Shown here one piece after another: positions 24,946-34,218 of a DNA stretch of 43,028 nucleotides (position 1 is the first letter of the stretch; each line of letters opens with the position of its first letter). The notes under the pieces are model-generated. The model was not told the DNA's origin. It saw only the letters and a list, made by a program, of their open reading frames with translations, and ran no database searches. Source of the stretch: a virus. The DNA is taken from the UHGV virus genome UHGV-1854010. One strand, given 5' to 3'. A program made the translations under genes and the position numbers.

Positions 24946-25431
24946 ATGGAAGAGAAAGAACAAGTTGAGAAATTGGTGGAATTCGCAAGAGAAGTTTCGA
25001 AATTTTTACACATTACTACCCCAAGTATAAGGTACAAAGAACACGGAGGCTATGGGAGTTCATGGTACGATCCTGAAACTGACACTGTTTATATAGGCGT
25101 GGAAGCAAGAACTAGAGATGCGTATTATGACATTGCTCATGAAGTCAGACATAAATGGCAATGGGTAACGGATTCTGATTTTTATTATTCAAAGTATAAA
25201 GAAGTTGGAATAGTGAGCCTAGAAGAATATAGGTCGCAGATATCTGAGATAGACGCAGACGCATTTGCCGTACTTATGACGGCAATATATCTAAATGAAG
25301 TGGTTAAACTAAATGGATATTCGAATAAGGAGAAGGAAAATATTATTCGAAGAGCAATGAAAATTGCCAAGGAGTATAATATAAAATTCCCATTTGAGGA
25401 TTATTGCGGAATGATGAAGATAACATTATAA
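24946..25431 (+). CDS. AT-rich moron: hypothetical protein with an HExxH (AHEVRH) zinc-metallopeptidase-like motif
   Basis: Strong RBS gaggaggaaaaacgcATG. GC is clearly lower than in the flanking phage genes. The HEVRH motif has a downstream Glu/Asp cluster (EIDADAF). Confidence 0.5.
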   Translation: MEEKEQVEKLVEFAREVSKFLHITTPSIRYKEHGGYGSSWYDPETDTVYIGVEARTRDAYYDIAHEVRHKWQWVTDSDFYYSKYKEVGIVSLEEYRSQISEIDADAFAVLMTAIYLNEVVKLNGYSNKEKENIIRRAMKIAKEYNIKFPFEDYCGMMKITL

Positions 25432-25474
25432 CGACATGAATTGACGATAACTATATGCCTATAGATTAAGGTGT

Positions 25475-27094
25475 ATAGTTAGTGTCTGCTGAGCAAACTG
25501 AAAACACTTGATTTTACTGACTTTTGCCCCATTTTCTGGTATAATGATTGCAAGGATTTTGACAAAAACAAATCGTTTTTCTTGCAGTTTTCTTACAGAT
25601 TTTAAGTATAAAGGGGCTAAAACAATGTACAAACCGATCGACAAGTTACAGCATTCATTCCTCGATTTCAACCAACCTATGGGACTCCACATGAATCCGG
25701 ATAACCGCTGGGTCAGACTGGCTGACCGAATCCCATGGGATGAATTCGAAATAAAATATGCCAAGCTGTTTCCAAGTGATACGGGTAATGTTGCCAAGCC
25801 TCTTCGCATGGCATTAGGAGCCCTGATCATCCAGACCAAGTTCCAATTTTCCGACCGTGAGCTTGTGGAACAGATCGCTGAGAATCCGTATCTGCAATAC
25901 TTTATCGGGCTTCCCGGTTTTCGGGAAGAAGCTCCGTTTGATGCAAGTACACTGGTTCTTTTCCGTAAACGCATTTCAGCAGATATGCTGATGGAAGTAA
26001 ATGAGTATCTTCTTGCTCACAAGGAGGATGACAAAGATGACCATACTCCTCCATCCGTAGAAAAATCCGGTGATGATGGTACTGCAAAAGAAGATACAAA
26101 CAAAGGGACTCTGACACTTGATGCAACCTGCGCACCTGCAAACATACGTTATCCGCAGGACATCTCGCTTTTGAATGAAGCAAGAGAAAAGCTGGAAAAC
26201 ATGATTTACTGTTTTTGTAAATGTTATGGTCTTAAGTTGCCAAGAAGATACCGCAAACGTGCCAGAAAAGAGTATCTTGCATTTGCCAAGAGCAGAAAGC
26301 ACACGGCAAAGAAAATCCGCAGCGCACTCCGCAGACAGCTTGGCTACGTGAAAAGAGATCTTGGCTATCTGGAACAGTTCATGAGTGATGGATACGCCAT
26401 GACAGGTAAGGATATCGGCCTATATCTTACCATCATCAGGCTGTATGAACAGCAACAGTATATGTATGATAACAGAATCCATTCTGTAGAGCATCGCATT
26501 GTAAGCATTTCGCAGCCATGGCTTCGGCCGATTGTCAGAGGGAAGGTCAAAGCACCTGTTGAATTTGGCGCAAAATTTGATCTCAGTCTTGACAGCGAAG
26601 GTTATGGGCGCCTCGAAAAAATATCTTTCGAGGCATACAACGAGAGCACCTGCCTGATTGAAGCAATAGAACGCTTCAAAGAGCGTACCGGTTATTATCC
26701 AGAACGTGTCCTGGCAGATCAGATATACCGGACCAGGGAAAACAGGAGTTATTGCAAAGAGCATGGGATCCGGTTATCAGGTCCAAAGCTGGGCAGACCA
26801 AGCGCCACAGCAAAAGTTGATAAAAAACAAGAGTATCAGGATAATACCGATAGAATCGAAGTGGAGCGCACCTTCAGCCTGAGCAAACGCTGTTATGGTA
26901 TGAGCTGCATTACCACAAAACTGGAAGAAACGCAGTTGACATCTATCGCATTATCTGTATTCGTGACGAATCTGTTCAGGATTCAGAGGCGAATACTTTG
27001 TGCTCTTTTGCATCTGTTCCGATTCTGGTATGACCGGAACAGATATAAGAGTTGGAAGTTACAGATAGCTGCTTAATCAGCAGACACTAGTTAT
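25475..27094 (+). mobile_element. Insertion sequence (about 1.6 kb) with terminal inverted repeats ATAGTTAGTGTCTGCTGAG / ATCAGCAGACACTAGTTAT; IS5/IS1182-superfamily-like
   Basis: A 13-bp perfect core, TAGTGTCTGCTGA (25480..25492), has its reverse complement at 27077..27089 and can be extended to 19 bp with 3 mismatches. A single long transposase ORF lies between the repeats. No clear target-site duplication was found. Confidence 0.6.
25625..27076 (+). CDS. DDE transposase (IS5/IS1182-family-like, InsH-type N-terminal domain)
   Basis: 483 aa; the N-terminus LDFNQPMGLHMNPDNRWVRLADRIPWDEFE...SDRELVEQIAENPYLQYFIGL resembles the transposase InsH N-terminal/DUF772 domain, and the rest is DDE-like. 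Start set at MYKPIDK with RBS aaaggggctaaaacaATG. Confidence 0.65.
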   Translation: MYKPIDKLQHSFLDFNQPMGLHMNPDNRWVRLADRIPWDEFEIKYAKLFPSDTGNVAKPLRMALGALIIQTKFQFSDRELVEQIAENPYLQYFIGLPGFREEAPFDASTLVLFRKRISADMLMEVNEYLLAHKEDDKDDHTPPSVEKSGDDGTAKEDTNKGTLTLDATCAPANIRYPQDISLLNEAREKLENMIYCFCKCYGLKLPRRYRKRARKEYLAFAKSRKHTAKKIRSALRRQLGYVKRDLGYLEQFMSDGYAMTGKDIGLYLTIIRLYEQQQYMYDNRIHSVEHRIVSISQPWLRPIVRGKVKAPVEFGAKFDLSLDSEGYGRLEKISFEAYNESTCLIEAIERFKERTGYYPERVLADQIYRTRENRSYCKEHGIRLSGPKLGRPSATAKVDKKQEYQDNTDRIEVERTFSLSKRCYGMSCITTKLEETQLTSIALSVFVTNLFRIQRRILCALLHLFRFWYDRNRYKSWKLQIAA

Positions 27095-27134
27095 TTTTAT
27101 GCAGAATAGAACAGAATGGAAGGTGGTGAGTCCT

Positions 27135-27704
27135 ATGACAGAAAAACAGAAAATATTTGCAGATGAGTACTTGATTGATCTAAATGCCACACGGGCTTAC
27201 CGCGTCGCATATCCAAGCGTAAAGAAAGAAGAGTCAGCAGCAGTAAATGGAAGTAAGTTGCTAAGAAATGCTAAGGTTGCAGAATATATTGCCGAAAGAA
27301 TGGAAGAGCGGCAGAAGCGGACGGAGATCACGCAGGATCGGGTTTTAAATGAACTGGCCGCAATTGCTTTTTCCAAGGCTTCTGATTATGCGAAAGTAGT
27401 GGAGAAACAGGCAACCGCAGAGGTGAATGGGAACATTGTTCCACTTGTAGGAGAAGACGGAGCACCGATTCTGTATCGGACTGTGGAGCTGGAGCTTACA
27501 GAGAATCTTACAGAAGAACAGCAGCGAGCCCTAGGAACAATTAAGAAGGGGCGTGATGGATTAGAACAGAAACCATGCGACAAGGTGAAGGCGCTCGAGC
27601 TTCTTGGCAGACATTTAGGTATGTGGAATGACAAGCTAGATGTGGCAGGAGATATGGACATGAAGATTGTGGTAGATTACGGTGATGGTGATGAAACAAG
27701 TTAA
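27135..27704 (+). CDS. Terminase small subunit (Terminase_2 family)
   Basis: The N-terminus TEKQKIFADEYLIDLNATRAYRVAYPSV...SKLLRNAKVAEYI follows the Terminase_2 pattern. The start lies 45 bp after the IS right end. Confidence 0.8.
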   Translation: MTEKQKIFADEYLIDLNATRAYRVAYPSVKKEESAAVNGSKLLRNAKVAEYIAERMEERQKRTEITQDRVLNELAAIAFSKASDYAKVVEKQATAEVNGNIVPLVGEDGAPILYRTVELELTENLTEEQQRALGTIKKGRDGLEQKPCDKVKALELLGRHLGMWNDKLDVAGDMDMKIVVDYGDGDETS

Positions 27705-28947
27705 TGTAGGATTTAACAAAAATTTTAAAGAGTTCAATGAGTGCAAGAAACGATACCGACTGGCGAAAGGTTCTGCCGGATCCGGGAAGTCAGTGAACAT
27801 TGCACAGAATTTTATCATCAAACTTGGTGATCCAAAGTATAAAGGCGCAAATCTTCTGTGTGTCCGGAAAGTAGACACAACAAACAAGGATAGTACCTAT
27901 GCGGAGTTGAAGAGTGCGATTTATAAGATATACGGAGATAAAGCGGGATTATTCTGGCAGATCAGAAGTAATCCAATGGAGCTGATCTCGAAAGTAACTG
28001 GGAATAAAGTGATTTTCCGAGGAATGAAAGATGATGGACAGCGAGAAAAAGTAAAGTCTATCACATTTGATGTCGGAAAATTAACATGGATATGGATTGA
28101 AGAAGCAACGGAGCTTTACGAAGCGGATGTCGATATTCTCGATGACCGACTCAGAGGTGACTTGTCATTCAATCCATTTTTGTATTACCAGATCACATTC
28201 AGCTTCAACCCAGTGTCAGCAACGCACTGGCTAAAAGCAAAGTATTTCGACATAAAAAGTGATGATGTATACACACACCAGTCTACGTACCTGCAGAACC
28301 GGTTCATAGATGAAGCGTATCACCGGCGCATGATGATGCGTAAAGAACGGGATCCGGATGGATATCGGATTTACGGACTTGGTGAATGGGGAGAGACCGG
28401 AGGTCTTATCCTTACGAATTATGTGGTTGAGGAATTCGATACATCCCCAGAAAGATTCGATTACATGGTAAATTCACAGGACTTTGGATTCAACCATGCG
28501 AACTGTATCGGGGAGGTTGGATTCAAGGATGGAGATATCTACTTATGCCGGGAATTGTATGTATTTGAAAGAGATACATCAGAGATCATACAGCTGGGCG
28601 AGGGAAAATTCCAGAAGCGAATTACCATGTATTGCGATTCTGCTGAGCCAGACAGGATTAAGATGTGGCAGAAAGCTGGATACAGAGCATGTCCGGTCAA
28701 GAAAGAGCCAAACAGTGTGAAAGCGCAGATTGACTACTTAAAGCAGCACACGATCCACATTCATCCATCCTGTACAAACACAATTAAGGAGATCCAGCAG
28801 TGGAAATGGAAAAAGGATGAGAAAACGAACACATTCACGGATGAACCGGTGAATTTCTTTGATGATGCGATGGCGATGCTAAGGTACTCAATTGAGCAGG
28901 AGAGAAAAGGTAAGGTGAAGTTAAAGACCTTTAGAGGAGGAATATAA
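27685..28947 (+). CDS. Terminase large subunit (PBSX-type: ATPase plus nuclease)
   Basis: Walker A KGSAGSGKS; terminase-6-like nuclease at the C-terminus; overlaps terS. Confidence 0.85.
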   Translation: MVMKQVNVGFNKNFKEFNECKKRYRLAKGSAGSGKSVNIAQNFIIKLGDPKYKGANLLCVRKVDTTNKDSTYAELKSAIYKIYGDKAGLFWQIRSNPMELISKVTGNKVIFRGMKDDGQREKVKSITFDVGKLTWIWIEEATELYEADVDILDDRLRGDLSFNPFLYYQITFSFNPVSATHWLKAKYFDIKSDDVYTHQSTYLQNRFIDEAYHRRMMMRKERDPDGYRIYGLGEWGETGGLILTNYVVEEFDTSPERFDYMVNSQDFGFNHANCIGEVGFKDGDIYLCRELYVFERDTSEIIQLGEGKFQKRITMYCDSAEPDRIKMWQKAGYRACPVKKEPNSVKAQIDYLKQHTIHIHPSCTNTIKEIQQWKWKKDEKTNTFTDEPVNFFDDAMAMLRYSIEQERKGKVKLKTFRGGI

Positions 28948-28948
28948 A

Positions 28949-30307
28949 ATGAATGGGAAAAGACCATACAAACTGCCGGAACCGCTTTTATGTTCCGCTG
29001 ATAAAGAAATCAATATGACATTAGTAGATGAGTATATTCGCAAGCATGAAGAGCGAATACCAAGGTACAGATACCTTGAGAATCTATACAAAGGATTCCA
29101 TGATGTATTCCGTCTTCCGGAAAAGGAGTCATGGAAGCCGGATAACCGACTGGCAGTGAATTTCCCAAGGTATATCACAGAGACATTTTTGGGATATGCT
29201 TACGGGATTCCGGTTAAAAAATCGCACCCAGACGAAAAAATAAAAGATGCGATCCTTGAATTTGACCGGGATAACGATATCTCAGATCAAGAATACGAGC
29301 TGGCGAAGAAGTGCTGCATCTACGGACATGCTTTTGAGTATTTTTACCAGGATGAAGAAGCAAAGACAAAGACAGTAGTCTGCAATCCAAAAGAACTGTT
29401 TGTTGTCTACGATGATACCGTAAAGAGCCGCGCTCTATTTGCGGTGAGATATGGAAAAAAGGACGATAATGTCACAAAGTACGGTGAGATACTTACAAGG
29501 ACAGAAATCATCCCATTTGAGGGAGAAAAGATGCAGGAGGGCGTGCTGAACCCTTATGGGCGCATCAATTGCGTGGAATACGTGCTGAACGATGAGAGAA
29601 TCGGTCTGTATGAAGAAGTTGCCGGCATGGTAGAAACATACAACCGAGTGATCGGAGAAAAGGCGAACGATGTAGATTCTTTCGCAGAAGCGTATCTTGC
29701 AGTGCTGGGCGCCGAACTGGACGAGGAAGGCGTTTACAAAATTCGCGACAACCGGATTATAAACCTTTATGGTACAGACAACGCAAAAGATATTATCGTT
29801 CAGTTTCTTGGCAAGCCTACGGCAGACGGAACACAGGAAAATCTTTTGAATCGGCTTGAGGATTTGATTTATCAGACAAGCATGGTAGCGAACATCAGTG
29901 ATGAATCTTTTGGAAATGCTTCTGGAACTTCCCTTGCGTATAAACTGCAGTCTATGAGCAATCTTGCGTTGACGTTCGACCGTAAAGTTGAAAAATCCAT
30001 GAGAAAGCGGTATAAGCTGTTTTGCTCTCTTGCAACGAATGTGTCAGATCGGGACGCATGGAAAGATATTGATTTTACAATGAGTAGGAATATCCCGAAG
30101 AATCTCTTGGAGGAAGCGCAGACAGCACAGGCGCTTGAAAGTATCGTGTCCAAGGAAACGCAGCTGCAGGTCCTCTCGATCGTTAAGGACGTTACTGAGG
30201 AAATAGATCGAATGGAGAAAGAGGAAGAAAAGAAGCAGGAAACAATCGTAGAGAAGCGGATGTTCGGAGGTGCGGCAGATGAGCAGCAGGACGTACTGGA
30301 AGAATAG
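28949..30307 (+). CDS. Portal protein (SPP1 gp6 family)
   Basis: RBS agaggaggaatataaaATG. 452 aa, immediately after terL, with a conserved acidic C-terminus. Confidence 0.8.
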   Translation: MNGKRPYKLPEPLLCSADKEINMTLVDEYIRKHEERIPRYRYLENLYKGFHDVFRLPEKESWKPDNRLAVNFPRYITETFLGYAYGIPVKKSHPDEKIKDAILEFDRDNDISDQEYELAKKCCIYGHAFEYFYQDEEAKTKTVVCNPKELFVVYDDTVKSRALFAVRYGKKDDNVTKYGEILTRTEIIPFEGEKMQEGVLNPYGRINCVEYVLNDERIGLYEEVAGMVETYNRVIGEKANDVDSFAEAYLAVLGAELDEEGVYKIRDNRIINLYGTDNAKDIIVQFLGKPTADGTQENLLNRLEDLIYQTSMVANISDESFGNASGTSLAYKLQSMSNLALTFDRKVEKSMRKRYKLFCSLATNVSDRDAWKDIDFTMSRNIPKNLLEEAQTAQALESIVSKETQLQVLSIVKDVTEEIDRMEKEEEKKQETIVEKRMFGGAADEQQDVLEE

Positions 30308-31559
30308 GGAAGAAGAGCAGCGGAAGAAGAATATTAGGGATGAAGCTGAATACGCGAAAGAGATTGAGAAGATCTATGCGAACATGATGGATGAGATTCA
30401 AAAAGAAATAAATGGATTCTATACAAAATATGCAAAAGCAGAGGGAATCACAATTGCAGAAGCGAAGAAGCGGGTATCCAAAATGGACATTGATGCGTAC
30501 AGCCGGAAGGCGGAGCAGTATGTAAAGGATAAGGATTTTTCGAAGGAAGCCAATGAAGAGATGCGACTCTATAACGCAGCTATGAAGATTAACCGGTTGG
30601 AAATGCTGAAAGCCAATATCGGAATGAATCTTGTCGGCGGGTTTGATGAGCTTCAGAAGTATTTTGAGCAGATCCTGACGAAGAAAACACTGGAAGAATT
30701 TGAAAGGCAGGCTGGAATTCTTGGAAAATCCATTCAGAACAATGCGAAGATGGCACATTCGATCGTGAATGCTTCTTTCCACAATGCAAAATACTCGGAC
30801 CGTATTTGGATGTATCAGGATATGATGAAAGCAGAACTGGCGAAGCTCTTACAAACAGGTCTGATACAAGGCAAGAATCCAAGAATACTTGCAAGGCACC
30901 TTACCAAACTGTTTGGAGTAAGCAGGGAAAATGCGGAGCGACTGATGATAACGGAACTGTCAAGGGTGCAGGCAGAAGCGCAGAAACAGTCTTATATCCG
31001 CAATGGATTTGAAGAGTATGAGTTTATCGCGGAGCCGACTGCTTGCCCGATCTGCCGGGCTTTAGACGGAAAGCATTTTAAGGTATCGAAAATGATGCCG
31101 GGAGAAAATGCGCATCCAATGCATCCTAATTGTCATTGCAGTACAGCAGCATATATGGATGATAAAGAGTATCGAGAATGGCTGGATGGATATTCCGAAC
31201 ATGGAATGGATTTTGAAACTTGGAAGAAGAGGGTTGAAAAGAAATCTACGTTTGATATAATAAAGGCAGATAAAACTGTCAGCGGACATTCCGGCACTCC
31301 TAAGATGGCAGAGGCAAGAATGGTAATAGATCACATTGGAAAAGATGGGAAAGTAGATGTAAGAGCTTTTTACGGAGAGTCAAAATTAAAATCTAAAGAT
31401 ATCCACACAACCGATCATGGGAATCCAAAGCAGCACCCTTACGGGAAAAACGGGGAGCATGTACATGATTATACATGGGGAGATGATGGAAGATTGAAGA
31501 ATAAGACAACTCGCGAATTAAGTGAAGAGGAAAGAAAGGAAAATGGCGATATATTATGA
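30279..31559 (+). CDS. Head morphogenesis / minor capsid protein (Mu F-like, SPP1 gp7 family) with an about 115-aa C-terminal extension of unknown function
   Basis: The conserved MuF core ends around CPICRALDGKHFKVSKMMPGENAHPMHPNCHCS. The extra C-terminal segment contains HTTDHGNPKQHPYGKNGEHVHDY. Confidence 0.75.
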   Translation: MSSRTYWKNREEEQRKKNIRDEAEYAKEIEKIYANMMDEIQKEINGFYTKYAKAEGITIAEAKKRVSKMDIDAYSRKAEQYVKDKDFSKEANEEMRLYNAAMKINRLEMLKANIGMNLVGGFDELQKYFEQILTKKTLEEFERQAGILGKSIQNNAKMAHSIVNASFHNAKYSDRIWMYQDMMKAELAKLLQTGLIQGKNPRILARHLTKLFGVSRENAERLMITELSRVQAEAQKQSYIRNGFEEYEFIAEPTACPICRALDGKHFKVSKMMPGENAHPMHPNCHCSTAAYMDDKEYREWLDGYSEHGMDFETWKKRVEKKSTFDIIKADKTVSGHSGTPKMAEARMVIDHIGKDGKVDVRAFYGESKLKSKDIHTTDHGNPKQHPYGKNGEHVHDYTWGDDGRLKNKTTRELSEEERKENGDIL

Positions 31560-31795
31560 ATAAAGATGAAGTAAGACAAATTTTATCTGAGTGTTGCAAT
31601 GATATTTCTTTCTCTTACAGAGGATTGCCATCAGGAGTGACAGTTGAAGTTCATAATTATGTTCCGACATATCAAGTATGGCATGGAGATGACGTGAAAG
31701 AGTATGATAATGTGGATGAAGTTATGAATGATAAATTTTATAGTGGAAAGTCATTAAACGATCTAGTAAAAGAGGTAGAAATTGATGTAATGTAA
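31556..31795 (+). CDS. AT-rich small hypothetical protein (79 aa), moron-like; candidate immunity or accessory gene downstream of MuF
   Basis: About 33% GC against about 45% in neighbouring genes; followed by its own terminator. Confidence 0.45.
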   Translation: MNKDEVRQILSECCNDISFSYRGLPSGVTVEVHNYVPTYQVWHGDDVKEYDNVDEVMNDKFYSGKSLNDLVKEVEIDVM

Positions 31796-31827
31796 TACCA
31801 TCGGCTGAGTTGGCTGGTGGTATTTTT
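31796..31827 (+). terminator. Intrinsic terminator (10-bp stem with two G.U pairs, TTTTTAT)
   Basis: Fold TACCATCGGC-tgagttg-GCTGGTGGTA followed by a T-run. Confidence 0.6.
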
Positions 31828-31852
31828 ATACCCATTTTGGAGGTGATGTAAT

Positions 31853-32140
31853 TTGATTGAAGCAAGAATTCGACCAGAGCGAATCGAAATCTCTGGACAC
31901 GCCGGGTACGCAGAACCTGGAAAAGACATTGTTTGTGCTGGCGTTACGGCGCTTACGCAGACGCTGATCCAGTCGATTGATGACTTAACGGATGATGAAA
32001 TAGAATACAGAATATCTCCCGGAAAGGCTGAGATAGAATACAGGAATCTGTCAGAGAAATCAAAAATTCTGGTGGATTCCTTTTTCGTTGGCATTCGCTT
32101 GATTGCCGATGAGTTTCCGAATTATGTAGCAATTATGTAA
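31853..32140 (+). CDS. prp: Prp-like cysteine protease (ribosomal-processing cysteine protease / DUF464 family), phage-encoded
   Basis: TTG start with RBS GGAGG. The His-Cys dyad signature ISGHAGYAEPGKDIVCAGVTALTQT resembles the Prp (YsxB) GHA....DIVCAG motif. The gene sits immediately upstream of scaffold/capsid genes that carry L27-like leaders. Confidence 0.7.
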   Translation: MIEARIRPERIEISGHAGYAEPGKDIVCAGVTALTQTLIQSIDDLTDDEIEYRISPGKAEIEYRNLSEKSKILVDSFFVGIRLIADEFPNYVAIM

Positions 32141-32222
32141 TTCACGCCCAAGTCTTGAAGGCGTAAAAAGCTAGGGGAAAGGACCATGAAGAATGTCATT
32201 AAACTTTTAGGAGGTAAAGAAA

Positions 32223-32798
32223 ATGAAGAGCAGGATGTTTAGAATGCTGCAGTTATTTGCAGAAGAAACCGTAGATCACACAGCAGAACTTGATGCGGTG
32301 AAAGATAGTGTTAATCCGGAAAACACATCTGATGATAGCGGGGAAGAAAAAAAGTACACAGACAAGGATGTGGATGCGATTGTAAACAAAAGATTCGCAA
32401 AATGGAAAACTGAGCAGGAACAGGCGGTAAAGAGTGCTAAGGAAGAGGCAGAAAAACTGGCAAAAATGAATGCTGAGCAGAAACAGAATTACGAGATCGA
32501 GAAGTTGCAAAAAGAGAATGAAAAACTGAAGCAGGAGGCTGCAAAGGTTGAGCTTAGCAGAAGCGCCACAGGCATTCTTACAGAAAAAGGAATTGAAGCA
32601 ACGCAGGATGTTCTTGATTTTGTTGTAGGGAATGATGCTGATGATACGAATGCAAAAATTGATAAGCTTGTAAAAATCGTGGAATCCCAGCTTAAGAAAG
32701 CCGAGATTGCTAGAGCAACCGGAACCACACCAAAAACCATGACGAACTCAGGAAGTCCAATGTCTGAATTCGAAAAGAGACTTGCAAAGTATAAATAA
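32223..32798 (+). CDS. Scaffolding protein (coiled-coil, acidic) with an N-terminal L27-like leader MLQLFA|EE
   Basis: RBS ttaggaggtaaagaaaATG. Coiled-coil segment EKLAKMNAEQKQNYEIEKLQKENEKLKQEAAK. Sits in the scaffold position before the capsid gene. Confidence 0.7.
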   Translation: MKSRMFRMLQLFAEETVDHTAELDAVKDSVNPENTSDDSGEEKKYTDKDVDAIVNKRFAKWKTEQEQAVKSAKEEAEKLAKMNAEQKQNYEIEKLQKENEKLKQEAAKVELSRSATGILTEKGIEATQDVLDFVVGNDADDTNAKIDKLVKIVESQLKKAEIARATGTTPKTMTNSGSPMSEFEKRLAKYK

Positions 32799-32806
32799 AG
32801 GAGAAT

Positions 32807-33730
32807 GTGAAGATGAAGAATAAAGAATTTATGATGTTACAATTATTTGCGACAGGAGACAACAATGATATGCCGGTAAGAAGCTACCAGCTTGAGTTTA
32901 AAAGCCTTTTGGAGGTAGTATTTAAAAAGATGTCTTATTTCGCGGATTTTTTCGTCGGCGAACTTGAGGTACTGGATGGAGTCAGAGAAAATGAAACAGC
33001 CTTTTATGTAAAAACATCAGACATTCCGGTTGTGGTTGGAACTGGGTACGATAAAACAGCTACGAAAGCGTTTGGAACGGGAACAGGGAACTCTAGCCGT
33101 TTCGGGGAGAGAAAAGAGATTATCTACGCGAACACGCCGGTTAATTACTCTTGGGGATGGAATTACCACGAGGGAATTGACCGACACACGGTAAACAATG
33201 ATTTTGACGTTGCGGTAGCAGATCGCTTGGAACTGCAGGCGAGGGCTAAGACAAAGCAGTTTAACAAGCAGCACGGAAAATTTATTTCCACATCTGCCGG
33301 AAAAACTTTAAGTGTTACTGATTATACAGAAGACAATGTATTAAAGCTGTTTAATGAGCTGTCTAAGTATTTTAACAACATCGAAGCAGTTGGAACGAAA
33401 AAAATTAAGGTTTGCTCCGATCTGTACAATGCCGTTTCGGATCATCCTTTGAATACAACTGCTAAAAACTCTACTGTAAACATTGATGGCAATGAAGTTG
33501 TGAAGTTCAAGGGATTCCTTGTAGAGGAGATTCCGGATGAATTATTTCAGTCTAAAGAATGCGCCTATGCATATATTGCCGGAGTTGCAAAAGCATTTAC
33601 TGGAATTAACACAGCGAGAACGATTGAATCGGAAGACTTTGACGGAGTAGCTCTGCAGGGAGCTGGTAAGGCTGGAGAATTTATTCCGAATGACAACAAG
33701 AAAGCTGTAGTTAAAGTGTCGGTGGGGTAG
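32807..33730 (+). CDS. Major capsid protein with an N-terminal L27-like leader MLQLFA|TGD
   Basis: RBS ggagaatgtgaagATG. 307 aa. Sits between scaffold and connector genes. Confidence 0.65.
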   Translation: MKMKNKEFMMLQLFATGDNNDMPVRSYQLEFKSLLEVVFKKMSYFADFFVGELEVLDGVRENETAFYVKTSDIPVVVGTGYDKTATKAFGTGTGNSSRFGERKEIIYANTPVNYSWGWNYHEGIDRHTVNNDFDVAVADRLELQARAKTKQFNKQHGKFISTSAGKTLSVTDYTEDNVLKLFNELSKYFNNIEAVGTKKIKVCSDLYNAVSDHPLNTTAKNSTVNIDGNEVVKFKGFLVEEIPDELFQSKECAYAYIAGVAKAFTGINTARTIESEDFDGVALQGAGKAGEFIPNDNKKAVVKVSVG

Positions 33731-33732
33731 TA

Positions 33733-33765
33733 CCCACTGACAATACCGCCTTGATTGGCAGTGGG
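33733..33765 (+). promoter_or_regulatory. Conserved RNA hairpin CCCACTG-acaATACCGCCTTGATTgg-CAGTGGG immediately after the capsid gene stop
   Basis: Paired with the near-identical element at 36107..36139. Loops are 15/19 identical, and the stems differ by a compensatory A-T to T-A swap. Confidence 0.5.
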
Positions 33766-33820
33766 AAGATCGGAAAGGCAAAAGTAGGAAAAGCGAAATA
33801 ATATAACGGAGGTAGTAGAT

Positions 33821-34204
33821 ATGGCGTATTCTAAAAAAGATTGGGTAGATGGAGAGACAATCACGGAAGCATCAATGGATAACATCGAGAATGGTGTAGC
33901 TGCAAATGACACGAAAAATACACAGCAGGACGGAAAGATCACTGAATTAGAAGGGAAAATAGTGAAAGCAGTTGCTGGATCTAAAGATGGTTTGATGTCT
34001 AAGGAAGATAAAGCGAAACTGGACGGAATTGCAGAACAGGCGAATAAATACAATCTTCCTGCGGCGAACAAAACAACGCTGGGTGGTGTGAAACAGATGG
34101 CTTTGATCGCAGATTTGTCGACAGAAACAGCGACTGACCTGAAAAACAAAATCAATGCGATTCTTGCGGAGATGAAAAAACAGGGGATTATGGCGAATTC
34201 GTAA
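33821..34204 (+). CDS. Hypothetical structural protein (possible capsid decoration/accessory)
   Basis: RBS ggaggtagtagatATG; located between the capsid and head-tail connector genes. Confidence 0.4.
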   Translation: MAYSKKDWVDGETITEASMDNIENGVAANDTKNTQQDGKITELEGKIVKAVAGSKDGLMSKEDKAKLDGIAEQANKYNLPAANKTTLGGVKQMALIADLSTETATDLKNKINAILAEMKKQGIMANS

Positions 34205-34218
34205 GGAGTTGAAATTGA

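Noticed and set aside
25508-25624. Upstream start (25508) for the transposase
   Set aside because: It would begin inside the IS terminal region with no RBS. ATG 25625 has RBS aaagggg and gives a typical transposase N-terminus.
25475-27094. Target-site duplication flanking the IS
   Set aside because: No convincing direct repeat could be identified by eye immediately outside the inverted repeats. The family may make very short or no duplications, or the flanks have diverged.
27099-27134. Upstream start (27099) for terS
   Set aside because: It begins 5 nt after the IS inverted repeat and adds 12 non-conserved residues. ATG 27135 has an upstream purine-rich RBS and the conserved TEKQKIFADEYL start.
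32150-32200. Hairpin ACGCC-N11-GGCGT after the prp gene as a terminator
   Set aside because: It is followed by an A-run rather than a U-run on the coding strand and has only a 5-bp stem, so it is unlikely to terminate plus-strand transcription ahead of the scaffold gene.
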